Of a stretch of 64,000 nt of DNA, positions 35,590-48,803 are shown in pieces (within the stretch, counting starts at the first letter, position 1; each line of letters opens with the position of its first letter). The stretch is from Octopus sinensis (Eukaryota). Made by a program: the position numbers and the translations under genes. The notes under the pieces were generated by a model that did no database searches, was not told the origin of the DNA, and saw only the letters and a program-made list of their open reading frames with translations. The stretch lies in contig NC_043022.1 in assembly GCF_006345805.1 (NCBI RefSeq), forward strand, positions 6,820,001-6,884,000, given 5' to 3'.

Positions 35590-35795
35590 CATGTTTTGGC
35601 CTGGATACAGACAGAGAGGAAGAGGCCGACCAAGAACCCGCTGGCTTGACACCATCAAGAGTGATACCGGAATGGACATAGCCAATCTGAAAGAAGCGGC
35701 CCAGGATAGAACTGACTGGAGGACACTGATCCAACGAGTGACCGAGAGTCGATTTCGACTGAACGGATAGATAGATAGATAGATAGATAGACAGA
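35590..35795 (+). mobile_element. 3' end of a BovB-like RTE LINE with (GATA)n tail
   Basis: RGRGRPRTRWLDTIKSDT..AAQDRTDWRTLIQRVTESRFRLNG followed by (GATA)n. Confidence 0.8.
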
Positions 35796-35934
35796 CAGGC
35801 ATCTGTATGTGTGTGTGTACCGTGGATCTATTGTTTGTGTGTGTGTAAATTCGGTATTCAAGTGGATGTATGGTATATGTCTCTCCATTTATAAAAACTC
35901 CGGCGATCTTCGTCTCTAGTAGACCTTCCGTCGA

Positions 35935-36242
35935 TTTCCGTAAAAAATTTTTTTTTTTACATATGGGCTTGCGGGAACTTTTGAAGTAGATATACATACA
36001 TATACACGAGTAAAAAATTTCGTTATCTCTTTCTTTCACACACACTAACAGAAGCCTTCACTTACACAACAACTGTCTGTCTCCCACACCCCATCAAAAC
36101 ACACTGTACATCAATGCTTCACATGCACGGTAACTTCAAAAGAACTTCCCTCGTCATACAATCGCTTTCTCTTAGTCTCTCGTTCTCATTACTTCAAAAG
36201 TTCCCGCAAGCCCATATGTAAAAAAAAAATTTTTTACGGAAA
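35935..36242. repeat. ~53-bp inverted repeat (35935-35988 / 36190-36242), MITE/foldback-like
   Basis: The arms differ only in homopolymer length (T11 versus A10). Weaker complementarity extends outward. Confidence 0.85.
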
Positions 36243-37859
36243 CGACGACTAGAGAAGAAAGATTGCCAAACTTCCATTTGTACACAGTCACACGCACATA
36301 TATATACATATACGAATATATTTTGTCCATATACACTCGTTAACATGCATCGAAATATTCCTATTCACGTTTATACGCACACACGCTCTTCTCTGAAAGG
36401 GCGCGCAGATTTGAAAGTAATTCTAAGAAAGGCGTGTTTCTCTGTGTGTTTGAGTAAAAGACAGAATTTGTTGTGTAAGAGAGAATGGTGGGGGAACCGA
36501 CTGAATTTCGTTGTCTCTCCATTCAATCTCCTTCCCCCTCCTCCTCCTCTTCTTTTTCTTCTCCTCCCGTTCCGCCGTGAGACAGGAATGATATATTATA
36601 CAGGGTAGAGGGGCCAGAGTTTATTATCTTAGGCGACCCCTTTTACCCCCAGATGTCTACAAGAAGAGACCCTGCCTTTCTTTGTCAGAGTTTGCCCTTC
36701 TTACTTTTTTTTCTTCTTTCGTTCTCCACACACAAAAAAGAAAGAAATTAAAATAGAGCAAATACTCGCACATACATTCACACGTAGGCTGACAGACCTT
36801 TACACACACACACATTCGCTCGCACACACATACACACACACCGACATACCTACCACACACACACACACACACACAGACCGACATACCTACACACACATTC
36901 GCTCGCACACACTGATGTACACATGCATATCCATATAGGTACATTTCTACGCACACACATACATGTACCAAAATGAATGATGCCAGCAAGAATTAGCAGC
37001 CAAATCTCCCTCAGATTAAAAGGGAGGACGGGTGGCTGGAAGACAGTTTACTGGATCAGGGTTGGACAGAGGTAGAGAATAAAAACCTACACAAAAACGC
37101 ACACACAGACACTTGTCAAAGACACACATACCTCCAAGCATCGACACTCACACACTCCATCACTCTTCTTAGCTCTCACACACACACACAACACACGGCT
37201 AGCCACTCACGCACACAGAAACACTCTTCTCCAAACTTCGACACACACACACACATACTGCTACACTTCTCATCTCACACGGATAATCTATACACACACG
37301 TATAACTACTCTTCATTCACAAACACTTACTAATACACACAGCCCTTCCATTCACTTGTCATCACACACACACACAACACACTACCAAACTGCTGCTGCA
37401 GGTGGTGGTGGTGTTCACCCCCACCCCCACCCCCATATAAAGTAGTGGTGTTACAAAATGTTGGTCGGTTGTGATTTCAATCCCTGTTATTAGCAGAACT
37501 AAAAACAAAGCAGCATTTCCTATTTTGGTGGCGAGAACATAAAAATAAAATAAGCCAAGCGAAAGTACAAACAGTCACGTCCCCCCCCTCACTCTTCATT
37601 CATGTCCCCTCACTCATCATTCACGTCCCCTCACTCTTCATTCACCAGTCGCTCTTGGCTCAGTCGGCTTCTTATCATCCACCAGGCATTAGACACACAC
37701 ACACAGCCTTCTTCTCGGTCTTTTATTACGTCCACACACGTTCTGTAAACACACAAATTACATACAGACACCTACACGATTACAGATACCCATACATACA
37801 CAATGTCCACTCAAACACGCTCATATATACACCCTGTTGACATACAAATTGCGAATATA

Positions 37860-38240
37860 CATACATACACACGATATCCACACACACACACAGAGACACA
37901 CACAACACACACACACACACACACACAGAGACACACACAGACACACGCACACACACACACACACCACACAGAGACACACACAGACACACGCACACACACA
38001 GACACACACACAGAGACACACACAGACACACGCACACACACACACACAGACACACACACAGACACACGCACACACACAGACACACACACAGACACACACA
38101 CAGGCACACACATACACACACAGGCACACACACACACACACACACAGGCACACACACAGACAGACACAGGCACACACAAGCACACGCATACACACACACA
38201 GACACACACACACACGCACACACACAGACACACACACAGA
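37860..38240. repeat. (CA)n/(CAGA) compound microsatellite
   Basis: Directly visible. Confidence 0.95.
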
Positions 38241-38564
38241 GCCCGTAACTTCTTCTTTGGGGTTCCTTAAACAAAGAGGATAAACATGAAGAATTTTCAG
38301 GGACCTGGAAGGATTTAGGGACCAGAAATAATAGGAATATTTTTCCTTTTTCCCCTACGTGATTGTTGTTGTTGTTTAGCCCTGTGTCAGCTTCAATCCC
38401 GTAGCTTCTATGACTGTGTATGTGTGTGTGTGTGTGTGTGTGTGGGGTGAATAGAGAAAAGAAGAAAGAAAGGAAGCCTCCACTTTTCTCGAAATATGAA
38501 CAAAAGTGTCTGAAAATTATTTTAACTTTTTTAACTGTCTGTAGCTGATTATTTTGTGTTTCTA

Positions 38565-39560
38565 CAGACTTTGTACTCCCAAAATATTTGTAGTTCTACA
38601 AAGGACTATGTGCTCTGCAGACTGCTTTGTACTCCTGAAATATTTGTAGTTCTACAAAGGACTATGTGCTCTGCAGACTGCTTTGTACTCCCGAAATATT
38701 TGTAGTTCTACAAAGGACTATGTGCTCTGCAGACTGCTTTGTACTCCCGAAATATTTGTAGTTCTACAAAGGACTATGTGCTCTGCAGACTGCTTTGTAC
38801 TCCCGAAATATTTGTAGTTCTACAAAGGACTATGTGCTCTGCAGACTGCTTTGTACTCCCGAATATTTTGTAGTTCTACAAAGGACTATGTGCTCTGCAG
38901 ACTGCTTTGTACTCCCGAAATTTGTAGTTCTACAAAGGACTATGTGCTCTGCAGACTGCTTTGTACTCCCGAAATATTTGTAGTTCTACAAAGGACTATG
39001 TGCTCTGCAGACTGCTTTGTACTCCCAAAATATTTGTAGTTCTACAAAGGACTATGTGCTCTGCAGACTGCTTTGTACTCCCAAATATTTGTAGTTCTAC
39101 AAAGGACTATGTGCTCTGCAGACTGCTTTGTACTCCCAAAATATTTGTAGTTCTACAAAGGACTATGTGCTCTGCAGACTGCTTTGTACTCCCAAAATAT
39201 TTGTAGTTCTACAAAGGACTATGTGCTCTGCAGACTGCTTTGTACTCCCAAAATATTTGTAGTTCTACAAAGGACTATGTGCTCTGCAGACTGCTTTGTA
39301 CTCCCAAAATATTTGTAGTTCTACAAAGGACTATGTGCTCTGCAGACTGCTTTGTACTCCCAAAATATTTGTAGTTCTACAAAGGACTATGTGCTCTGCA
39401 GACTGCTTTGTACTCCCAAAATATTTGTAGTTCTACAAAGGACTATGTGCTCTGCAGACTGCTTTGTACTCCCAAAATATTTGTAGTTCTACAAAGGACT
39501 ATGTGCTCTGCAGACTGCTTTGTACTCCCAAAATATTTGTAGTTTATAAAGAACTCTATG
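38565..39560. repeat. 56-bp minisatellite, about 17-18 near-identical copies, decaying to ~39800
   Basis: Unit ttgtactcc(c)(g/a)aaatatttgtagttctacaaaggactatgtgctctgcagactgct; tagttctaca recurs at 38591 and 38647. Confidence 0.97.
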
Positions 39561-40439
39561 TGCCCCTACAGATTGTTTTGTACTCTTAGAGAGGACTTGT
39601 GTATACTCCCAAACGCTTGTGCTGGAATTACATAAACAACTGGATGGAGTCTACCCTTACAGATCCTTATTTTATAGCCCTACAGACAACTGTGTACTCC
39701 CAAAATATTAGTCGTTCTATAAACGACTGTATGTACTCTATAGACAACTGTGTACTCCTACAGATAGCTTGTACTCTCCTGCTGACACCAATTTCATACT
39801 CCTGCAGAGAATTTTATCTCCTTTCATTTTATTTGCTTTGTAAAGTTTAAAGTACAAAGCTTAACTAGTCTTTGTGTGTGTGTGTGTGTGCGTGTGCGTG
39901 TGTCAGTATATATGTGTATGTTGCTGTGTGTGCCTCTGTGACACACAGACACACACACACATCTGTGTGTCTGTGTCTAGATTCAAGATGTCAGCTTTTG
40001 AAACGCTTGGGTACCTCTCACATGCATTATCTACATTTTCTTATTTTCTTCAGAATTGAAATACACACACACACAAATACCCCCACCCCCATTTTACTGT
40101 ATAACTGAACGCCGAATACCAAAGACACAGTACTCAGCAGTGTGTTATAGTGTTTTTCTCCATATTTTGGGGCTACAAAGAAAAGAATGTTGAATTCATG
40201 AGAGTTTGTAATCTCCATGTTGTCACATGTGGCAGAAGACAAGGTGGGAGGGAATCACCAGCTGACCCCTAATATATGGAATGTAGCTGAGGCTCAGTAT
40301 TTCGGTTTCATTTCACATATATCACATTAGTCATAGCCCTAATTAGTTGAGGCACATATCTCATTAGTCATAGCCCCGACTAATTGCTAAGTACTTGTGG
40401 AGCACTTTTAGGAATTAGATACTTTGATTGCCCAATGTA

Positions 40440-40894
40440 AGCACACACACACATCTATACGCCAACACACACACACACACACACGGACACACACACAAAC
40501 ACACGGACACACACACACACACATAGATATATCTATATCCACCCTTCACACACAAACATATATAAATATATACCCATGCACACACACACACACACACACA
40601 CAACCAAACAACACACCACACACACACACACAAACACACGGACACACACACACACCACACACACCACACACACACACCACAAACACACACGGACACAACC
40701 ACACATAGATATATCTATATCCACCCTTCACACACAAACATATAAATATATACCCATACACACACACACAAAAACACACACACACACACACACAACACAC
40801 ACACAACACACCACACACACACACCCAAACACACACACACATAGATATATCTATATCCACCCTTCACACACAAACATATATAAATATACCCATA

Positions 40895-40929
<35 letters not shown>

Positions 40930-41048
40930 CACACCACCACACACACACACACACACACAAACACACGGACACACACACACACAAACACACACACACATAG
41001 ATATATCTATATCCACCCTTCACACACAAACATATATAAATATATACC

Positions 41049-41093
<45 letters not shown>

Positions 41094-41105
41094 ACACAAA
41101 CATAG
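40440..41105. repeat. Four-copy tandem repeat with a conserved ~55-bp anchor and variable (CA)n linkers
   Basis: catagatatatctatatccacccttcacacacaaacatatataaatat at 40522, 40704, 40840 and 40996. Confidence 0.9.
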
Positions 41106-41515
41106 GCACAGGTGTGGCTGTGTGGTAAGAGGCTTGCTTCCCAACCACATGGTTCCGGGTTCAGTCCCACTGTGTGACACCTTGAGCAAGTGTCTTCTAT
41201 CCATAGCCTCAGGCCGACCAAATCCTGTGAGTGGATCTAGTCGATGGAAACTGAAAGAAGCCCATTGTTTATATATATATATGTGTGTGTATATGTGTGT
41301 GTTTCTTTGTGTCTCCCCCCATTACCACTTCACAACTGGTGTTGGTGTGTTTATGTCCTGTAACTTAGTGGTTCGGCAAAAGAGACTGATAAAATAAGTA
41401 CTAGGCTTTAAAAAGTTACCCTGGGGTTGATTTGTTGGATTGAAATCCTTGAAGGCAGTGCTCCAGCATGGCTGCAGTCAAATGACTGAAACAAGTAAAA
41501 GAGTAAAAAGAATAA
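41106..41515 (+). mobile_element. SINE family A, diverged
   Basis: gtgtggctgtgtggtaag..ggttcagtcccactg..gtaaaagagtaaaaag. Confidence 0.88.
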
Positions 41516-41534
41516 AAATATACATATAAATATA

Positions 41535-42575
41535 TGTCCACACACACACACACCTACATACCCACACTCACACACACACATCTATATACCCACACTCACA
41601 CACACACATCTATATACCCACACTCATACACACACACCTACATACCCACACTCACACACACACACATCTATATACCCACACTCACACACACACATCTATA
41701 TACCCACACTCACACACACACATCTATATACCCACACTCACACACACACACCTACATACCCACACTCACACACACACATCTATATACTCACACTCACACA
41801 CACACATCTATATACCCACACTCATACACACACACCTACATACCCACGCTCACACACACACACCTACATACCCACACTCACACACACACATCTATATACT
41901 CACACTCACACACACAACCACATCTATATACCCCACTCATACACACACACCTACATACCCACCCACACACACACCTCTATATACCCACACTCACACACAC
42001 ACATCTATATCCCCCACTCACACACACACACACATCTAATCCCCACCCACACTCATAACCACACCTACTACCCACACTCACACACACACATCTATATACC
42101 CACACTCACACACACACATCTATATACCCACACTCATACACACACATCTATATACCCACACTCACACACACACATCTATATACCCACACTCATACACACA
42201 CACCTACATACCCACACTCACACACACACATCTATATACCCACACTCACACACACACATCTATATACCCACACTCACACACACACATCTATATACCCACA
42301 CTCAACACACACCATCTATATACCCACACTCACACACACACATCTATATACCCACACTCATACACACACACCTACATACCCACACTCACACACACACATC
42401 TATATACCCACACTCACCCACACACATCTATATACCCACACTCATACACCACACCTACTACCCCACACACTCACACACACACATCTATATACCCACACTC
42501 ACACACACACACCTACATACCCACACTCACACACACACATCTATATACCCACACTCACATACACTCATACAATAA
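41535..42575. repeat. ~26-28-bp CA-rich minisatellite (acatctatatacccacactcacacacac)
   Basis: Directly visible. Confidence 0.93.
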
Positions 42576-42589
42576 CCTATATACTCAAG

Positions 42590-42640
42590 TATGTTATGAT
42601 GATGTATGTATATATGTATGTGTGTGTGATTATTTATGCA

Positions 42641-42673
<33 letters not shown>

Positions 42674-42960
42674 GTATATATATATATATATATATATATA
42701 CATTATACATATATATATATATATATTAATTATGTATGTGTATATATAATATATATATTATATATATATATATCTACATATATACATATAATATATATAT
42801 ATATGTATGTATATATATATATATATGTATGGTATATATATATATAATATATATTAGTATGTATATAATATATAATATATATATATATAATATATATGTA
42901 TGTATATATTATATATATATATATATGTATGTATATAATATATATATATATATATGTATG

Positions 42961-42993
<33 letters not shown>

Positions 42994-43150
42994 ATATATA
43001 TATATTATATATATATATATCTATGTATATATATATATTATATATATATATATATATCTATGTATATATATATATTATCTATTATATAATATATATCATC
43101 TCTGTATATATATATATATATAATATACATATATATATATATATAAACAC
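42590..43150. repeat. (TA)n microsatellite
   Basis: Directly visible. Confidence 0.95.
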
Positions 43151-43559
43151 TTACACACGCATGCAAGTGCACGTATACACACCTTATAAGGTATGCTAAT
43201 ATGGTGTCTAATGAATGATTAGCCAGGGTGGTATAGCGAGACTTAGTCTTTTGCTGAACAAAACTATTTATTGTTCTCTGACTCATTCAACGTAAATAAA
43301 TAGTTTAACGAAAGCTTAGTAGCTTCTTGTCGGACCATCTCTCTTGTTAATCACTCACACACACTGACCGTGTTGCTCCATATGGTCCCTCCCCCTCCAC
43401 CATAATGATAATCAACAACAATGCTAATTCTCTTTCGAGCCCACGAAGCATTTGCACCTGCAATAAACTGCCAAAAGCATGCAGAGCCAATGTTTAGATG
43501 AGGTTGGAAAACAGTACAGGTAAACAGAGGAGGGTGTGTTTGTTTAAACCATTTTGCAT

Positions 43560-43770
43560 TCAACCTGCCTGTATCCGGTCCCAAATGCCCCTACCTGTTT
43601 TATGTTTAAACCAGCCAGATCCTACCTCTCACACCTACCCTACAATGTCATTCTAAGAAATAAAGCAATCCAATCATTGAAATCTCAAAGCTAGGAGATA
43701 ATGCCTGATTAGTTCAAAACAATGAGAATAAATAAGCTTTATATTTGGGTGAGTAATCTGAAGAATGCTA
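43560..43770 (-). mobile_element. piggyBac-like MITE, diverged copy
   Basis: Reverse-complement match to the internal sequence of 45459-45679; ends gctaaagggtcaa. Confidence 0.6.
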
Positions 43771-43883
43771 AAGGGTCAAAATAGGGACCACATGAACCAG
43801 TGAGGGAGCTTTCTCTATAGTCACTTGACCTTATACAATGCAACAGCCAAATCTCCCTTCAACAAACTCCCTATTCTCTTTAA

Positions 43884-45397
43884 TGCTTTAGTACATAAAC
43901 CAGCTATATCCAGGCCCAGCTGGCTTAATCTGGCCTCTTACACCTAAATCCCATCATTGAAATCTCAAAGTTAGGAGATAATTCATGATTGATAGAAAAC
44001 AATGGAGATATGCTGTGCTTGAGAAGACCCGGCAACTAAAGTGAGATCGCAGCTATGCATGTCCGGCCCAGTTAAGTACCCCTGATGTGTCGGGAGATAT
44101 AATATGCTTGGGAAGACCTGTTGAGTCAAGTAAAACCAATATTGTAGCTGGGGCCAGTGCCCCCTGTGCTGGTGGCACATAAAAAGCACCATTTGAATGT
44201 TGTCAAGCCAGGTCTGCATCACTGACTCCTGTGCTGGTGGCACATAAAAAGCACTATCTGAACGTGATTGATGCCAGGACCACCCGATTGGTCCCCCATG
44301 CAAGTGGCACGTAAAAAGCACCATCCGAATGTGGCCGATGCCAGTACCTCCTGACTGGCCCCTGTGCTGGTGGCACGTAAAAAGCACCATCCGAATGTGG
44401 CCGATGCCAGTACCTCCTGACTGGCCCCTGTGCTGGTGGCACGTAAAAAGCACCATCCGAATGTGGCCGATGCCAGTACCTCCTGACTGGCCCCTGTGCT
44501 GGTGGCACGTAAAAAGCACCATCCGAATGTGGCTGATGCCAGTACCTCCTGACTGGCCCCTGTGCTTGGGCACGTAAAAAGCACCATCCGAATGTGGCCG
44601 ATGCCAGTACCTCCTGACTGGCCCCTGTGCTGGTGGCACGTAAAAAGCACCATCCGAATGTGGCTGATGCCAGTACCTCCTGACTGGCCCCTGTGCTGGT
44701 GGCACGTAAAAAGCACCATCCGAATGTGGCCGATGCCAGTACCTCCTGACTGGCCCCTGTGCTGGTGGCACGTAAAAAGCACCATCCGAATGTGGCCGAT
44801 GCCAGTACCTCCTGACTGGCCCCTGTGCTGGTGGCACGTAAAAAGCACCATCCGAATGTGGCTGATGCCAGTACCTCCTGACTGGCCCCTGTGCTGGTGG
44901 CACGTAAAAAGCACCATCCGAATGTGGCCGATGCCAGTACCTCCTGACTGGCCCCTGTGCTGGTGGCACGTAAAAAGCACCATCCGAATGTGGCCGATGC
45001 CAGTACCTCCTGACTGGCCCCTGTGCTGGTGGCACGTAAAAAGCACCATCCGAATGTGGCCGATGCCAGTACCTCCTGACTGGCCCCTGTGCTGGTGGCA
45101 CATAAAAAGCACTGTCTGAACATGATCAATGCCAGGTCTGCCTGACTGGCTCCTGTGCTTGTGGCATGTAAACCCACTACACTCTCAGAGTGGTTGGCAT
45201 CAGGAAGGGCATCCAACTGTAGAAACATTGCCAGATCAGATTGGAGCCTGGTGCAGCCGCTGGCTCTCCAGACCCCAGTTGAACCGTCCAACCCATGCGA
45301 GCATGGAAAATGGACGTTAAACGATCATGATGATGATGATGATGGATGTCAATAAATAAGAATTACATTTGACGGAGTAATCTGAATATCTAAAGGG
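43884..45397 (-). mobile_element. piggyBac-like MITE split by an RTE insertion (left part 43884-44002, right part ~45346-45397)
   Basis: The left half ends ..gaaaacaat. The right half ..aataaataag..gagtaatctga..ctaaaggg|TTAA completes the same MITE sequence seen intact at 43700-43770. TTAA is at 43880-43883 and 45398-45401. Confidence 0.65.
44003..45343 (+). mobile_element. 5'-truncated RTE LINE whose 3' UTR contains about 12 copies of a 66-bp tandem unit
   Basis: Starts WRYAVLEKTRQLK* (RTE C-terminus). gtaaaaagca recurs at 44311, 44377, 44443 and onward (66-bp period). It ends ccatgcgagcatgg..(GAT)n. Confidence 0.92.
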
Positions 45398-45458
45398 TTA
45401 AGGGGTGTATAAAAATTTGGATGACTGTAAAATGATATGAACCCAGTAAGGATTTTAA

Positions 45459-45679
45459 GCCTTTAGTGTTCAGATTACTCTGTTAAATATAATACTTTTT
45501 CACTCAAATTGTTTTTAATTAATCATGCATTATGTTATAGCTTTGAGGTTTCAATGATGTGATTGTTTATTTTTAGAATGTCAATGTAGGTTAGGTGTGA
45601 GAGGCCAGATCTAGCCAGTTTGAATTATAAAACATGTAGAATATTTGGGCTGGATATGGCCGGTTTAAACACTAAAGGG
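45459..45679 (+). mobile_element. piggyBac-like MITE (221 bp) with TTAA target duplication
   Basis: TTAA|gcctttag..ctaaaggg|TTAA; same length and sequence as 61028-61248. Confidence 0.8.
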
Positions 45680-46654
45680 TTAAGGTATGAGACAGAGACA
45701 AATATTCCGGGTCCTCCAGACGGGTGAAAACCCGAGCTGCTCCACTTAACCTTATTTTCTGCCAGATTTTGTACTGAGTTCTGCTGCACTGAAAGGCACT
45801 CATTTACCATCTGTTGGGATGGTGCCATAGGAAAATTCCTGCCTCGTCTGCTTTAGTCACATTTAATTACTCATTTCACGCTCGACTGAACTTTATTGAT
45901 AGCATACCTCCTCCATGTCTATTATCATCCTCTTTCAAGGGAGCTTCTTCCATCAATTTTTCACTGTAAAACTCATTTCGGACATTGTTCTTTCTCTCTG
46001 TTCATCCAGATGTGTGACTGTGTAACTATATTATAATATAACATAATGGGAAGAGAAGGCCTTCATTCCCTTTATTCATCTTCTGCTACAGTTCATTTGT
46101 TTTTCTCTTTTTTTCCCCTCTGATCCTTTCATTATCTTCCATTGTTAATCACAAAAAAATGAGACAGCTGGCCTTTTGTTTCTCGGACTGGCCATGAAAT
46201 GACCTACTTTGTCTTCTGTGCATTCTGGACATTGGGACCTGCTGCCCTCCACTACCTTTCTCCAGTGCTTCTTCTGCTCTTCTGGGCAAAAGGCTCTCAA
46301 ATGACTTCAGCTATCACCTGCCATAACGATTACACTTTCACCTGTGGCATCAAGTCTCCGTTCTCTGCTTTTGCTCCCTCATCTGGACCCGTGTGCTAAT
46401 GATTCTAACAGCTCACCACCCTCTTCAGGATTTTGGTTCAAGACCCTGAAGAGACTTATTATACACATGGATATGAGTTGTTTATAAATCAAATAATGTA
46501 CATAGGTCGAAACAAATCGTTGGTCTTTTTGGTTTTCTAAACATTTTTTATGTTATCTTATAATATATCATGTTCATAGTATATCATTATGTTATATTAT
46601 AATATAGTCAGATTGTCAATTGTATCTCTCTATTTAGTTTATTGTTTGTAATTT

Positions 46655-47076
46655 GCAGGAGTGGCTGTGTGGTAAGTAGCTTGCTAACCAACCACATGGT
46701 TCCGGGTTCAGTCCCACTGCGTGGCATCTTGGGCAAGTGTCTTCTGCTATAGCCCCGGGCTGACCAATGCCTTGTGAGTGGATTTGGTAGACGGAAACTG
46801 AAAGAAGCCTGTCGTATATATGTATATATATATATATATATACATGTGTGTGTGTGTATTTGTGTGTCTGTGTTTGTCCCCCTAGCATTGCTTGACAACC
46901 GATGCTGGTGTGTTTACGTCCCCGTCACTTAGCGGTTTGGGAAAGAGACTGATAGAATAAGTACTGGGCTTACAAAGAATAAGTCCCGGGGGTCGAGTTG
47001 CTCGACTAAAGGCGGTGCTCCAGCATGGCCGCAGTCAAATGACTGAAACAAGTAAAAGAGTAAAACAGTAAAGAGT
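46655..47076 (+). mobile_element. tRNA-derived SINE, family A, full length
   Basis: GCAGGAGTGGCTGTGTGG (A box), GGTTCAGTCCC (B box), an internal (TA)n(TG)n tract and a (GTAAAAGA)n-like tail. Many copies in the window. Confidence 0.92.
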
Positions 47077-47160
47077 ATACCCATCTCTATGTGGTATTCA
47101 ACTGATGTACCAGGGAATTGGATGTTTTATACATCCTTTTGAAGGTATTTCTTTAGTTTG

Positions 47161-47208
<48 letters not shown>

Positions 47209-47457
47209 TCAATATAGGGTAGCAAAAAATTCAGCAGAAATTATTTTACTACCAGCGGTCTAGTGAGAAAAAAAGGAAATAGTCAGAGACTATTTATAAA
47301 TTCAACAGCAAATTAAGGAACGGCCATAATAAAGTGAAACAGGGTAAATGTTTTTTAATTTTCTCCTGATTTACGGAATTACTACTATTTTGCGGTTGAA
47401 GCCTTGGCTGTTATTTCTAGTGGGTTGAACGGCCTATTATGGCCGTTCCTTAATTTG

Positions 47458-47501
<44 letters not shown>

Positions 47502-47865
47502 TAATGATTTTGTGTTAATATTCTCTGTGTATAAAAAAAAAACACACAGACTCAGACAAACATAGATGTATGTATGCACTCTATGTGTGTGTCAGTATGG
47601 ATCACATTCAGGGTTAAGTCATCCGAGAGATGTGATAATGATCATCCTGCTGATCCAACAGATCGAAATATTTTGAAGATATAAAAATTGTCGAAATGTG
47701 TCACTGAAAGATAAAATGGAAGTTCGTTTTAATAAGATAATTTTATTATCTCCAATATAAGCTGATTACTGAGATTGTAATTATTGTGGAAATTGTTCTC
47801 TAGGTGACATTGATAGGAGATATAATTGGGACATACATACATGTATATGTTTATATACACATATA

Positions 47866-48672
47866 CAGGGGGTGGACAAAATAATGGAAACACCTAGCAT
47901 CATAGCATCATAATTTTGAAATATCTATAAAAACCATCAAAAGCTTGTTTATTTTTATGCTTTTTGATTTATTATTAATGTTGCTTAATATGTTTTGCTA
48001 AAATTGCTGTTTCTTTTCAGATATCATCAGAAAAAGTAATTAAAATTCATTAAAATGACAAATCTATCAGACTTTCAAAGAAGTCAAAAGGGTTGGTGCT
48101 AAAATGGCAGGCGCTAGCGTAACGAAAACAGCCGAAAGTTTGGGTGTATCGAGAAGAACTGTCTCGAAAGTAATTACAGCCTTTGAGGAAAAGGGAAAAA
48201 CCTCCTCGTCGAAACAAACTCCAGAAGAAAACCAAAACTTTCAGATAGGGACTGTCGGACTCTTATTCAAATTGTTAGACAGGATCACAAAAGTATAGCT
48301 CCCAAAATTACTGCAGAACTTAATGACCACCCCGAGAACCCAGTTTCCACATAAACTGTTTGCTGGGAGCTGCACAAAGTAAGATTTCATGGGAGGGCTG
48401 CAATCGGAAAACTGCTACTTTCAAAAACAAACGTAAAGCGTTTAGAGTGGAGTAAAAACTTACAGAATTGGTCCCTAGAGCAGTGGAAGAATGTTATTTT
48501 CCCAGACGAGTCATCCTTTACCTTATTTCTGACCACTGGCCAAGTATACATGTGGAGAGAGCCAAAAGAAGCATTTGACCCAGACTGCCTTCTTCCAACT
48601 GTTAAACATGGAGGAGGATCTGTGATGATCTGGGTGGCTATATCTTGAAAATCTGCTGGCCCAATGGTTTCC
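47866..48672 (+). mobile_element. Tc1-family DNA transposon, left TIR plus N-terminal transposase remnant, truncated
   Basis: TA|CAGGGGGTGGACAAAATAATGGAAACACC TIR. From ATG 48055, joined frames give GASVTKTAESLGVSRRTVSKV (HTH), RKPKLSDRD, WKNVIFPDESSF (first catalytic D) and PTVKHGGGSVMIW. Confidence 0.88.
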
Positions 48673-48683
48673 ATGCTTTTTAG

Positions 48684-48803
48684 AAACACTGCCAGATCTG
48701 ACTGGGCCTGATGAAGCCTTCCGGCTTCACAGACCCCAGTTAAACTGTCCAACCCATGCTAGCATGGAAAACGGACGCTAAATGATGATGATGATGATCA
48801 TCA
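48684..48803 (+). mobile_element. RTE 3' end with (GAT)n tail, abutting the Tc1 breakpoint
   Basis: gaaacactgccagatc..ccatgctagcatggaaaacggacgctaaatgatgatgat. Confidence 0.88.

Noticed and set aside
37519-37528. CArG box CCTATTTTGG as a regulatory site
   Set aside because: A single 10-bp match is expected by chance in 64 kb of AT-rich DNA, and no linked gene was found.
38565-45110. CRISPR-like arrays (56-bp, 66-bp and anchor-spacer repeats)
   Set aside because: There are no unique spacers and no cas genes, and the context is eukaryotic.
46170-46400. ORF 46199..46399 as a host exon
   Set aside because: No convincing splice boundaries; the minus strand looks like a heavily decayed LINE C-terminus, too weak to annotate.
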